Positions 1 to 9,424 of a stretch of DNA of 64,000 nucleotides are shown here, in pieces. The DNA is from Candidatus Delongbacteria bacterium. GTDB taxonomy: Bacteria > CAIWAD01. A program made the translations under genes and the position numbers. The notes beneath the pieces are model-generated. The model had not been told where the DNA came from. It searched no databases and was given only the letters and a program-made list of their open reading frames with translations. The stretch is taken from the NCBI GenBank assembly GCA_963663545.1, contig OY760505.1, positions 192,001 through 256,000 of the forward strand, given 5' to 3'. The first letter of the stretch is position 1. Each line of letters begins with the position of its first letter.

Positions 1-1
1 C

Positions 2-550
2 AATCCCTTCCTGGCCGACTTCTACGGCAACATGGACCGCTGGGCCTTTCACCTGCAGATCTACTTCCTGCAAAGCCGCTACAGCAGCCATCTTGAGATG
101 TGCGAAGGCGAGCGCGGCGTCATTCAGGACCGCACCATCTGGGAAGACGTGGAAATCTTCGCGCGCAACCTCACCGAAACCGGACGCATGAGCCAGCGCG
201 AATGGCACACCTACCGCCACCTCTTCTACAACATGTGCCAGTTCCTGCGCCAACCGGATCTGATCCTCTACCTGCGCGCCTCCGTCGACACACTGAAGGA
301 GCGCATCCGCAAGCGTGGCCGCGAGTACGAACAGAGTATCGATCCGCTGTATCTGGAGCAGCTGAATTCGCTGTACGAGCGCTGGATCGCCGGTCTGCGC
401 GATCAACCCGTGCTGGTCATCGACGCCGACAAGCTGGATATTCTGCAGGACGACCGCAAAATGAAGCGTCTGCTGGAGGCCGTCGAGCGCGAACTCAGCC
501 GCCACCAGCTCACCCTAAGCCTCGGGCACTCGCCCGCTCCGGCAGAATAG
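2..550 (+). CDS. Deoxynucleoside kinase family protein (5'-truncated by window edge)
   Basis: Frame is open from base 2 (NPFLADFYGNMDRWAFHLQIYFL). Contains dNK motifs QDRTIWED, PDLILYL and RIRKRGREYE. Confidence 0.9.
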   Translation, partial: NPFLADFYGNMDRWAFHLQIYFLQSRYSSHLEMCEGERGVIQDRTIWEDVEIFARNLTETGRMSQREWHTYRHLFYNMCQFLRQPDLILYLRASVDTLKERIRKRGREYEQSIDPLYLEQLNSLYERWIAGLRDQPVLVIDADKLDILQDDRKMKRLLEAVERELSRHQLTLSLGHSPAPAE

Positions 551-726
551 ACGTACCACAGCCCAATCCATGTTTCTGCCACACTCGCCCTTTGGAAGGC
601 GGCGTTTGCTGCACACCCGCATTCGCTTTTGCCGGCTTGGCCTCGTATCACGCCCGCGCCTCGCGGGTGCGCGGGCGTTGGGTGCTCTCCCTTGCTATCG
701 CCACGATCCCGGCTGCGATGTAGCAC

Positions 727-776
727 AAAGAGAACTCCCGCCTCCAAGTGCTTCGTAAAGCCCTCAAAGGCGGGAG
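727..776 (-). terminator. Probable intrinsic terminator of the S8 peptidase gene
   Basis: Stem CTCCCGCCT(735-743)/AGGCGGGAG(768-776), followed by TTCTCTTT on the minus strand, just past the stop at 800. Confidence 0.5.
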
Positions 777-799
777 CGTGATTCACGCAGCAAAGCAGA

Positions 800-2386
800 T
801 CATTCGTCCGGCAGAATAGTGATCAAACGATAGAAGCCTTGTCCGCCCCGGTGCGGCTCTACATAGAAGGTGTCGGCGGTTTCCGTTAGCGTGGACCACG
901 GTCCGTCGAAGCTGGAGGCCTGCTCCAGACGATAACTCAGCGCCAGACTGTCGGCCAGCCAATTGAACTCCAGGCGATATTCATTCGCATTGAAATGCAG
1001 GCGCAGCGGACCCATCGGCTCACTGTGCTGGCCCCAGATGGCAATGGCATGAGCCGCATTTGACAGGTTCAATCGCCCACCACTCACAGTGCAAGTAGCC
1101 AGCGTCGGTAAAATGTCCACATTGTCCAGGATCAACTGCTTCAGCACCAGCGCCATGCCAGCTGGATCGGCAGCAAAGGCCTCGCAGAATTCCAAACTCG
1201 CTACCGTATGCATGAAGGCGATGCTGCCGGTGACGTGAGGCGAACTCATGCTGGTTCCGCTCAGGTTCTGGGTTCCCGTTGGCGGATACAGCGAAAGGAT
1301 CGTGGTGCCCGGTGCTCCCAGGTCGATCGTTGTCAGGCCGTAGGCGGCGCCTGAACTCAATGCATCCACGCTGGTTGTATTCGTGCAGCTGATCATCCAG
1401 TCGCTGCTGCAGGAAGTGGGCACGTCGCCCAAAACATCCACGTTGGCTGAAATATTCATAGTACTGGCCACAGACAGAATGCCCACCTGCCCCAGCGTGT
1501 CGAACATGTCATTCCAGGCGGTAAAGTTCTCACTGGTGCAATCGCCGTAGTTGTAGCCGAAACTGGAATTGATGGCAACCACATTTGCGCCTTCGCTACC
1601 CTCGGTGTCCAGCCAGCGCTGCTTCATGGTCAGCGCGTAGGTATAGGCGGCGACTGCAGTCGAAGTCAGGGTAGAACTGCCCGCGATGGGCAAGAGCGGC
1701 ACGTTCCAGCACACGCCAGCAATCTGGTTGTCGTTGTCGCCGCGTGCCACGGCGATGCCCGCGACATGAGTACCGTGTCCGCCACTGGGCAACACGCCAT
1801 CGCCGCCGTAGATATCCCAGCCGCACACATCGTCGATGTAGCCGTTCTCATCGTCGTCAATGCCGTTACCGGCGATCTCCGCCTCGTTGTGCCACAGGTT
1901 CGGCGCCAGATCCGGATGTTCGACCGCAAAGCCGTTGTCCACGACGCACGCCACAATTTGCTGCCCAAGGGCGTTCAGGCTGTCGGTGCCCAGCTCCCAG
2001 GCCTCCGGAGCATCGATATCCGAGTCAATGATGCCCTCGTTCTCGGTGGTGTTGTGCAATGCCCACTGATTGTAAAACATGGGATCGTCGGGTAACACAA
2101 TACGCTCACTCAGAATGTGATCCGGCTGCGCCCAGCGAATAAGGCTATCCTGGCGTAGGAGGGCGCAGGCCTCCTCCACGCTCAGATCCACAGGCAAGGC
2201 CACCTGCCAGATTTCGAGCTGCGGACACAGTAGTTTCTGCGCCTCCATGTCCAGCGCTTTCAGAACCAGCTCCTGTTCCACTCGCTCGCCGCCGGGCTGC
2301 CAGCGCAGCAATACTCGCTGTGGCACATAGGACGCGGCCAGGGCAACATGGGCAGCGCAAAGGAAAAACAGTAGGTATGTTCTCAT
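800..2386 (-). CDS. Secreted subtilisin-like S8 serine peptidase
   Basis: Signal peptide MRTYLLFFLCAAHVALA and catalytic triad motifs VVDNG, GHGTHVAG, GTSMSSPHV. Start placed after a GGGAGA RBS. Confidence 0.9.
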   Translation of the reverse strand: MRTYLLFFLCAAHVALAASYVPQRVLLRWQPGGERVEQELVLKALDMEAQKLLCPQLEIWQVALPVDLSVEEACALLRQDSLIRWAQPDHILSERIVLPDDPMFYNQWALHNTTENEGIIDSDIDAPEAWELGTDSLNALGQQIVACVVDNGFAVEHPDLAPNLWHNEAEIAGNGIDDDENGYIDDVCGWDIYGGDGVLPSGGHGTHVAGIAVARGDNDNQIAGVCWNVPLLPIAGSSTLTSTAVAAYTYALTMKQRWLDTEGSEGANVVAINSSFGYNYGDCTSENFTAWNDMFDTLGQVGILSVASTMNISANVDVLGDVPTSCSSDWMISCTNTTSVDALSSGAAYGLTTIDLGAPGTTILSLYPPTGTQNLSGTSMSSPHVTGSIAFMHTVASLEFCEAFAADPAGMALVLKQLILDNVDILPTLATCTVSGGRLNLSNAAHAIAIWGQHSEPMGPLRLHFNANEYRLEFNWLADSLALSYRLEQASSFDGPWSTLTETADTFYVEPHRGGQGFYRLITILPDE

Positions 2387-2483
2387 CATTTTCTCCCATC
2401 CAGCATTGCAGCATAATCTAGCAGCCAAAAGCGGAAGGCCAAGCCTTTTCTTGAGTGAAGGCAAAATCGCTGCCGTGTATCAC

Positions 2484-2514
2484 AAAAAAGCCCGCCTCTT
2501 GCCGAAGCGGGCTT
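2484..2514 (-). terminator. Intrinsic terminator ending the TonB receptor/PorV operon
   Basis: AAAAAAGCCCGC...GCGGGCTT: GC stem with a U-tract on the minus strand, ~20 nt after the stop at 2537. Confidence 0.75.
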
Positions 2515-2536
2515 CTGGGTTCCTCTCAGGTCGAAC

Positions 2537-4021
2537 TCACTGCGTTGGCAGATCGTCTGACGAAATGGAAAGCTGGAACAGGTAAATGGTGCTGCCCAGG
2601 CTGTCTTGATCGGCGACGAAAACCGTCTCGTCGTAGGTTGAAGTGCGATCGCTACGGTTACCAAACACCGCTACAGATTGGGGGCTGATCAGCTGATCGT
2701 ACTCCCAGCTCTTGATGAAGCGGGTTTGCGCCGCAAGAATCAGCGTGCTATCCACAAGGGCGCCGTCTATGGTGTAGACCGTATCCAGCACCGCCACTGT
2801 TGTATCATAGCTGATTCCATCGATCACCAGAGTAGTATCGGTCAACACGCCCCGGTTGGTATAGAGCTCCGGTTCAAGAATACGCGAAGCGCCGCAGGGA
2901 TAGAGGTAGTCGCCGCTGGTGTTGAACACTTTGATACAGCGCGCGCCCTCATCCGCCACCAGAATCTTGTCATTGGTGTAGGTTACATCCAGGGGCTTGC
3001 TGAAAAAGCCCAGAGCGGAGATTTCACCTTCATAGAGATTGGCATCGTAGGACCAGTTCTCGTTGCCGTAATACTCCCACTCCAAGCGCTGAACAGGGAT
3101 GAGACTCCCCGTTGAATTGACAAGGTAGATATCGCCATAGGGATCAACCTCAAGAGCCCGAGGCTCCCAGACGCTGCCTGCGCCGGTTCCCGGATAGCCG
3201 ATCTGGTCCTCTTCGCCCTCTTCGTACAAATAGACCAGCGGCACATCGGGATCGCTGGTAAAGAGCACAGCATAAGGCACCAAGAAAAGATGCGAGATCT
3301 CGTCGCCGGCGGGTTTGCTAACGCCGTAGAACAACTCTCGATGACCCGAACGGCCACCCGACACAGCGTCAATAGAATAGGTGCTTCCACCTTCGTAAAG
3401 CACCTGCAGTCCCGCCAGCGGCACCCACTCCGTAGGAGCCATTTCGGTACCGCCAACCAGGGTCAGATCTCCCAGTCGCTGATACTGCACCAGGTCCACC
3501 AGGAACTCACCCGTCAGGCCGTAGCCTTCAACGACACGGGCAAACTCCTCAATGCTCAGATCGAACTCGCCCGTTTCGTCGCTGCTGAAGCGCAAGTCAC
3601 GATAGGCGGCGACAACGGGTAGACGATTGGCCTGCAGATTAAAACTGTAGATGCGCGCACTGCCGTCGGCCAGAAACAGAAGCTGCTCCGGCCCAACCGC
3701 CAGACTGCGCACACCCGGCAAGCGCAGCGTATCCTGAAAGGTCTCCATCGTGATATCATTCAAGGCCTGGTCCCAGACACGGACGATGCCCAGAGCCGAA
3801 TCCGCCGCGTAGATATGGCCATCATCATCGATGAACACATCGCGAACGGCGCTGCCCAGCGGCAACTCGATGTTTGTGGTCAGCTTCAGCCAAGTGGTGT
3901 CCGCGCCCAACGTAGTATCGCCGGAATGCTCCACTTGCGGTAAGGACATGGTGTCGGGATCGCAAGCCGCCAATAGCCAAACAAGCAGGACCGGAAGTAA
4001 AATGCTGGCAAGCTTTTTCAT
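2537..4021 (-). CDS. Lipoprotein with NHL/beta-propeller-like repeats
   Basis: Lipobox LLAAC. NHL-like segments DVFIDDDGHIYAADS, PRALEVDPYGDIYL and PLDVTYTNDKILVAD. Confidence 0.7.
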   Translation of the reverse strand: MKKLASILLPVLLVWLLAACDPDTMSLPQVEHSGDTTLGADTTWLKLTTNIELPLGSAVRDVFIDDDGHIYAADSALGIVRVWDQALNDITMETFQDTLRLPGVRSLAVGPEQLLFLADGSARIYSFNLQANRLPVVAAYRDLRFSSDETGEFDLSIEEFARVVEGYGLTGEFLVDLVQYQRLGDLTLVGGTEMAPTEWVPLAGLQVLYEGGSTYSIDAVSGGRSGHRELFYGVSKPAGDEISHLFLVPYAVLFTSDPDVPLVYLYEEGEEDQIGYPGTGAGSVWEPRALEVDPYGDIYLVNSTGSLIPVQRLEWEYYGNENWSYDANLYEGEISALGFFSKPLDVTYTNDKILVADEGARCIKVFNTSGDYLYPCGASRILEPELYTNRGVLTDTTLVIDGISYDTTVAVLDTVYTIDGALVDSTLILAAQTRFIKSWEYDQLISPQSVAVFGNRSDRTSTYDETVFVADQDSLGSTIYLFQLSISSDDLPTQ

Positions 4022-5034
4022 CGTCCTGCCCCCTTGTTGATCCAGTCAAACTCGGCCGACATGCGGCGGCTGTTGTCCAGCAGACCAAAGTCGCTGTAGC
4101 TGAAATCCAGTCGCAGATTCATTTTTCCCAAACCGTACTTCATGCCCGCACCCAGCGACCAGCTCTCTTCATCGCTGTTGAGCTTCCAACCTGCGCGCAG
4201 AAAGGCCCATTTCATGAAGCCGTACTCTGCACCGAAGGAGTAGCTTTCGCGTGCGTCCACTGGATGATTCACCTGGGTTGCCAGCAGCAGCTGATGAATG
4301 TTGGCTGTATCACGCCAGACGGTCATTGCGCCCCCCAGACGGAACACCGTGGGCGGGCTGAATTCGTCGTACTCTTTGTCGTTGTCGTTGTTCTCGTAAG
4401 GGGGCGTATAGGACTCATTGGGGCTGATTACGCCGCCCATATTGACCAGAGCCACGGCCACGGTCAGATCGCGCCAGCCGGTCTGATAGAAGGTCCCCAG
4501 ATCAACCAGGTAGCTGCTCATCTTGACTTCGGCAATGTCTTCGCGCACGTACTTCACGCTAAGGCCAGCGGAAAACTGATTTGTCATGCGCGCCGACGCG
4601 GTTAGCTGTAGCAGCTGGTCCGTGAAGTAGAAGGTGCGACCATCCCCGTCCGGGTGGGTCTCGGTGGTAACGGCCATCGCATCGGTAGCCAATTGCGCGT
4701 ACGCCAGACCAAAAGCCAAGCGCTGGTTCAGGCGATGGGTCACGCCAATGTAATCGTAATCAATGTCTGCGGGCCAATCGAGATGAGTGAAGTAGACACT
4801 GCTGCCTTCCATCATACCCAATCCTGCGGGATTCCAATACAGAGCCGTGGCATCATCGGCCACACCCACAAAAGCCTGCGCCATTCCCTCGGCTCTCGCG
4901 CCCACGCCAATTTTCAGGAACTGCAGCGAGGTTGTACCCGCGCGCTCCTCACCAAAATTGCTGATCAGATCCTGACCGTTGACAACGGTGGCGGTCAGGA
5001 GCAGAAGCAGCGCTGCGTTCAGTTTCCTATTCAT
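4018..5034 (-). CDS. PorV/PorQ-family outer-membrane protein
   Basis: Signature FLKIGVGARAEGMAQAFVGVADDATALYWNPAGL, amphipathic beta-strands and a signal peptide. Confidence 0.85.
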   Translation of the reverse strand: MNRKLNAALLLLLTATVVNGQDLISNFGEERAGTTSLQFLKIGVGARAEGMAQAFVGVADDATALYWNPAGLGMMEGSSVYFTHLDWPADIDYDYIGVTHRLNQRLAFGLAYAQLATDAMAVTTETHPDGDGRTFYFTDQLLQLTASARMTNQFSAGLSVKYVREDIAEVKMSSYLVDLGTFYQTGWRDLTVAVALVNMGGVISPNESYTPPYENNDNDKEYDEFSPPTVFRLGGAMTVWRDTANIHQLLLATQVNHPVDARESYSFGAEYGFMKWAFLRAGWKLNSDEESWSLGAGMKYGLGKMNLRLDFSYSDFGLLDNSRRMSAEFDWINKGAGR

Positions 5035-5049
5035 TCTGCTTTCTCCTGA

Positions 5050-7854
5050 CTAGAACCTGATGGAAATGCCAAAGACCACCTGTCGCGGCTCCTTGTAGCG
5101 TGCGGGCGATCCAGGCGGGCGTACGCCCTCGCGCTGGAGCTCTTCCGTCCACTCGTAGTACACGCTGTTGTTTGCAATAAAGGGATCTCCGTCCTCCCAG
5201 GCGCTGCCCGTCAAGGGATTGATCCAATAGGACGATGACACCGTTTTCCAGTTGAAGAGATTCTGAATTTCCACAAAGACGCGCATGTCCGTGCTGCGGC
5301 CCAGGTCCATGTCTTTGTAGAATTTCAGATCGATGCTCTTGACGGGGTCCGAAAGTTCCGTGTAGGATTTGTGGCTATCTACGCGCTTGGCCTGATCGTC
5401 GTCGGGGTTTTCCTCGTTGCCGATGTCGATGTATTGCGGCGAGTATCGCTTGCCATTCTCCCATTCGAAGCGAAGGTTGAAGCCCCAATCGGTGGGCAGA
5501 CGATGTCCATAGAGACTCAAGGGCTGATGTTCGGGCACGTAGAATACCAGGTTCGCACTGGTCACAAAGGGCTTATCCCAGCTCAAGTAGCTCTCGCCCA
5601 GCTCCTGCTGCTCGCCAACGGTGGCTTCGTGCAGCAGGTTCTCTGCGGGGGAAGAGCTCTTGCCGGTCAGCACGCTGGCCGTGGCGTTCCAGTTGAAGCT
5701 CCAGTACTTCTCAAAGCGCTGCCGCCACGAGAGTTCTACACCGCGGCTACGAGCGTAATCGATGTTCCAATACTGTGTATAACTGACCGTTGCATAGCGC
5801 GGGTTGTAGCGATCGATGCTTAACGCGGTGACGTAGTTGTACATATCCTTGTAGAAGGCGGTCACCTGCAGCACACTGTTGGCATTGAAGCGATGCTTCA
5901 ACCCCACCTCGTAGGCCACCGTGGTGGTGGGGTTGAGGTTGGGGTTGCCGATCAGCGAATAGGTGCTATTGTTGTTGCTCTCCAGGTTCGCGTAGACATA
6001 GCTGTACTTGGGGCGTTGGCTGAAATGGCCGTAGCTGAAAAAGAGCATGTCGTTGTCGGTAACGGGATGGCTGATGCCCAGACGTGGCGAGAGCTGCGCT
6101 TTCCAGCGTCCGCCCAAGAAGCCGAAGGTCTCGTCGTAGAACAGGTCACGGGCAGCCTCGGTAACCAGCGTGCCTTTCGCATCGTTGGCGCGATCGACAA
6201 TATCCTCCAGGTAGGCGCCTGGCCGCCAGAAGTCAAAGCGCAGACCGAGGTTCACGTTCATGCCCTGGTAGCTGATCTTGTCCTGAAAGAAGAAGGCGCC
6301 CGCAGTGGTGGTAGCATTGTAGGCATCGTAACTGCGGCCCAGGCTGTAATCGGTTGCCAGCCAGGGGCTGTTGATCTGCACCAGCTGCAACTCGGTGAAG
6401 TCAAGCTGGAAGCCAGATTTCAGCTCGTGGTTATCGCCACGGCTGGCGTTCCACTCGGCCTTCAATGTGTTGGTAATGCTGTAGTGATCGTGCCAGAAAT
6501 CGGTGTCACCGTACTCGTAAAAGCCATCGCCCTGATAAATGGTGATCGATCCATCGGGATTCATCAAGTACCAGGTAGGATCGATGTCCAGATGGCGGTT
6601 GTATTCTTCCCAGTTCTTGTTCTGCGCCGAACTGTGCTGGTTGATGTAGAACCAGCCGTAGTTGAACTCCAGCCAGGTGCGCTGGCTCAGGGTTTCCACC
6701 CAGTTCAATCCCAGTTGACGGCTTTCCTGAGTGAAGGTGTTGTAGTGATCCAGGTTCTGCTCGTACTCGTAGGGGTAGAAGCGCTTGTCCTCCACCAGGG
6801 GCACGAAGTAGCCCTGGTTGATCTGCACGCTCTGGCCGTAATTCAAGGCAATCTTGCGCAGGGGCGTTGGCCGCCAGGCAATCTTGGCCATGGCGCTCAG
6901 GTTGTTCTCTTCGCGCAGGCCCAACGCGTCCATCCAGTCTTTCTGCGGCGCAAGTTCACGGGCGTGCGGTAGATAGGTATCACTGAAACTGCCGTAGGCG
7001 TTGATGAAGTAGGTGGCGGTGCCGGGCAGGCCGAAGGTGGACATCGGGCCGCCCATACTGGTCTCAACGACATCCTCGTTCTGGTTGTCCTTGGGAAAAC
7101 TGGCGGTCAGGTTATCGCGCTTCCAGCTGAAGTTGCCAAAGAATTTCTCGGCGCCCTCGCGTGTTTTCACGTCAATAACGCCCGACATGGCCTCGCCGTA
7201 CTCTGCGTTGAAGCCACCGGTAATCACCTCGATTTCCTTGATCGCCTCTGCGGAGAGGAACACGCCTGTACCCTGACCGCTGACGGGATCCTTGACCGAA
7301 AGGCCGTCGATGATATAGAGGTTCTCGTCGGCACGGCCGCCGCGAATGTGAATCTCGTTATCGCTCTCGGTCACGCCCACCTGCTGCTCCACCACGTCGG
7401 TGATGTCTTCCACCACTTGCACCTGGATTTCCTCCAGATCAAGACGCGTCGAAGAGCTGGTGTTGTCCACTTCATACAAGGGCTTCTTGCCAACGATAAC
7501 CACATCTTCGCCCGCCAGCAGGGCCGGTTCCATTTTCAGATCCTGCTCGGTGATCTGGCTTTCCAGCACGGGAATGGCTGTGACCAGCATGGTGCGATAG
7601 CCCAGACAGGTCAGCTCAAGATCCACCGTACCCTGAGGAACATCCATGATTGTATAGCGACCGTCCAGGTCGGTGGCGGCGCCGCGGTAGGAGCCTTTTA
7701 CCACCACGTTGACCCCGATCAGGGGCTCACCTGAATCCTTGTCGCTAACGATACCGGTGATCCGGCCACCGGCCAGCGCGGGCAGTGCCCAGGCCAGCAG
7801 GAGGAAAAGACAAAGCGCTCGGCGCAGTAGAAAGTGAGTGTTCATGCTTTTCAT
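5050..7854 (-). CDS. TonB-dependent receptor with N-terminal carboxypeptidase-regulatory-like domain
   Basis: GRITGIVSDKDSGEPLIGVNV N-domain, plug IHIRGGRADENLYIIDG...GGFNAEYG, barrel SPRLGISHP, C-terminal Phe. Start is at 7854 or 7845. Confidence 0.9.
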   Translation of the reverse strand: MKSMNTHFLLRRALCLFLLLAWALPALAGGRITGIVSDKDSGEPLIGVNVVVKGSYRGAATDLDGRYTIMDVPQGTVDLELTCLGYRTMLVTAIPVLESQITEQDLKMEPALLAGEDVVIVGKKPLYEVDNTSSSTRLDLEEIQVQVVEDITDVVEQQVGVTESDNEIHIRGGRADENLYIIDGLSVKDPVSGQGTGVFLSAEAIKEIEVITGGFNAEYGEAMSGVIDVKTREGAEKFFGNFSWKRDNLTASFPKDNQNEDVVETSMGGPMSTFGLPGTATYFINAYGSFSDTYLPHARELAPQKDWMDALGLREENNLSAMAKIAWRPTPLRKIALNYGQSVQINQGYFVPLVEDKRFYPYEYEQNLDHYNTFTQESRQLGLNWVETLSQRTWLEFNYGWFYINQHSSAQNKNWEEYNRHLDIDPTWYLMNPDGSITIYQGDGFYEYGDTDFWHDHYSITNTLKAEWNASRGDNHELKSGFQLDFTELQLVQINSPWLATDYSLGRSYDAYNATTTAGAFFFQDKISYQGMNVNLGLRFDFWRPGAYLEDIVDRANDAKGTLVTEAARDLFYDETFGFLGGRWKAQLSPRLGISHPVTDNDMLFFSYGHFSQRPKYSYVYANLESNNNSTYSLIGNPNLNPTTTVAYEVGLKHRFNANSVLQVTAFYKDMYNYVTALSIDRYNPRYATVSYTQYWNIDYARSRGVELSWRQRFEKYWSFNWNATASVLTGKSSSPAENLLHEATVGEQQELGESYLSWDKPFVTSANLVFYVPEHQPLSLYGHRLPTDWGFNLRFEWENGKRYSPQYIDIGNEENPDDDQAKRVDSHKSYTELSDPVKSIDLKFYKDMDLGRSTDMRVFVEIQNLFNWKTVSSSYWINPLTGSAWEDGDPFIANNSVYYEWTEELQREGVRPPGSPARYKEPRQVVFGISIRF

Positions 7855-7859
7855 CCAAA

Positions 7860-9368
7860 TCACCAGTTGAAATCGTTGGCCAGCAGATACTGCAGGAGTT
7901 CGTCCAGGTTCTCGACGTAGAAGAGGGGGAACTCTACGTAGACTTCGGAGGCGTGGCCGGCAATGCCGTCTGCTGCCGCCTGACGAGCGCCGAGCGTCGC
8001 CATGGGGAGGTCGCTGCCGGACCCGGCCGGCACGTAGTACAGCGGAACCACCGCCACCGTGTCTGCGCCCACAACGCCCACCGTATCCGGAACCACGCCA
8101 AACCAAAGGTCGCCGTCCGCCAGACCACGGCAGCTTACGCGAGTGGTCATGTGCAAGGTTGGGAATTCAGCGTAGTCCGACAGGATGTCATCGCTGCTAC
8201 CGATGTACTTGCGATCGCCGGTTACGTCCATCAGTGGCAAACAGACCGTATCGAAGAGATAGGGATAGTAGTGGCCTTCGCTGCTGCTGACACGTCCGAT
8301 GTCCGAAGTCGAGATCAGTAGTTTTCCCTCCTGGGCGAGGTAGCGATCCAGAACCGGGCAAGCGAGCTCGGTGTTGTCATTCTTCCACGCCGACCAGACA
8401 ACCATGTGAAACTGATTGAGGATGGTGAAGAAGTCGGTCTCGTCGTAGGGAATCCACTTGTAGCCTTCCCAGAAGGTGTAGTCCTGATTTTCCACCTTGC
8501 CCATGGCGCTAAACGCAGAGCGGAAGGCCTCGATATTATCCGTGGCCTCAGTCAGCTCATCCAGGATCACCAGAATGTCTCCGTACAGATCACGCACCAT
8601 CCAGGTTTGCGGCTCGCCTGTGGCCAGCGTGTCCTCGATGCGCGGATACTGTAGGGTTTCGCTCCAGGCTTCGGCGATGTCCTGCGCTTTCAGGAACATG
8701 CGATGCGGCCCCGGAGCCAGGTTTTCAGGCGTGAAGCTAATCATGCCCAGGCTGGGGTCAGCCGTGTTCCACTCGGTGGTATCATCCAGAGCCCACAAGA
8801 CATCGGTCACCGTCTCCAGGCCGTCCAGATCCCAGACGTTGAAATGGAAGGTGACATAAGGGAACGTCCAGCTCGTATCCCCCTCGAAGAAACTGCTGAG
8901 GAGCTCCTGACTGTTGGCCACCCAGGCCACATTGGGCATGGTGTTGTACACGGGAAGACTGACCGCTGCCGGACTTGGATCTACCGCACCCTTGTCATCA
9001 AAGGCGCGTACTTCAAAGCGGAAGGTGTCCTGCTGAGTGGTCAGCAGCACGATGAAGCTGTCGCTTTCAAATGTCGTCTCGGTCCAGAGATCCTGACCAA
9101 GGCTGTCCACGTCGTAGTTCCACCGGTACTCGTAGTGATCGATGGTGCCATCGGCGTCTTCTCCCCACCAGGACAATTCCACCACCGCGTTGCTCAAAGA
9201 CAAAGTGTCGATCGAGCTGCTGTCGGTGCGGAAATAGCCCATGGACAGGTGGGTTTGCGGCGGCAGATTTGCATCGGGCGTGTTGTCTCCCTCCCGCGGA
9301 TCGCAGGCATTTAGGGCCAACAGACACAGAAATCCCGCCAAAGGGATCAGCATTGTGCGTCGCTTCAT
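7860..9368 (-). CDS. Surface lipoprotein with Ig/FN3-like N-terminal domains
   Basis: Lipobox LNAC. Motifs PPQTHL, WWGEDADGTIDHYEY and FEVRAFDDKGAVDPSPA. Start MKRRTML at 9368 after GGAAGAG. Confidence 0.7.
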   Translation of the reverse strand: MKRRTMLIPLAGFLCLLALNACDPREGDNTPDANLPPQTHLSMGYFRTDSSSIDTLSLSNAVVELSWWGEDADGTIDHYEYRWNYDVDSLGQDLWTETTFESDSFIVLLTTQQDTFRFEVRAFDDKGAVDPSPAAVSLPVYNTMPNVAWVANSQELLSSFFEGDTSWTFPYVTFHFNVWDLDGLETVTDVLWALDDTTEWNTADPSLGMISFTPENLAPGPHRMFLKAQDIAEAWSETLQYPRIEDTLATGEPQTWMVRDLYGDILVILDELTEATDNIEAFRSAFSAMGKVENQDYTFWEGYKWIPYDETDFFTILNQFHMVVWSAWKNDNTELACPVLDRYLAQEGKLLISTSDIGRVSSSEGHYYPYLFDTVCLPLMDVTGDRKYIGSSDDILSDYAEFPTLHMTTRVSCRGLADGDLWFGVVPDTVGVVGADTVAVVPLYYVPAGSGSDLPMATLGARQAAADGIAGHASEVYVEFPLFYVENLDELLQYLLANDFNW

Positions 9369-9380
9369 CGCTCTTCCAGG

Positions 9381-9413
9381 AAAAGGGCGGGGCCCGTACA
9401 AGACGGACCCCGC
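9381..9413 (-). terminator. Intercistronic hairpin / possible partial terminator
   Basis: GCGGGGCCCGT-ACAAG-ACGGACCCCGC with a short U-tract on the minus strand, between the stop at 9425 and the start at 9368. Confidence 0.5.
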
Positions 9414-9424
9414 GTATGACAAGC

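Noticed and set aside
7855..8106. Long N-terminal extensions in the ORF track (TonB receptor, S8, M3, OPT and others)
   Set aside because: They overlap neighbouring genes or terminators. Downstream starts give an RBS and/or a proper signal peptide.
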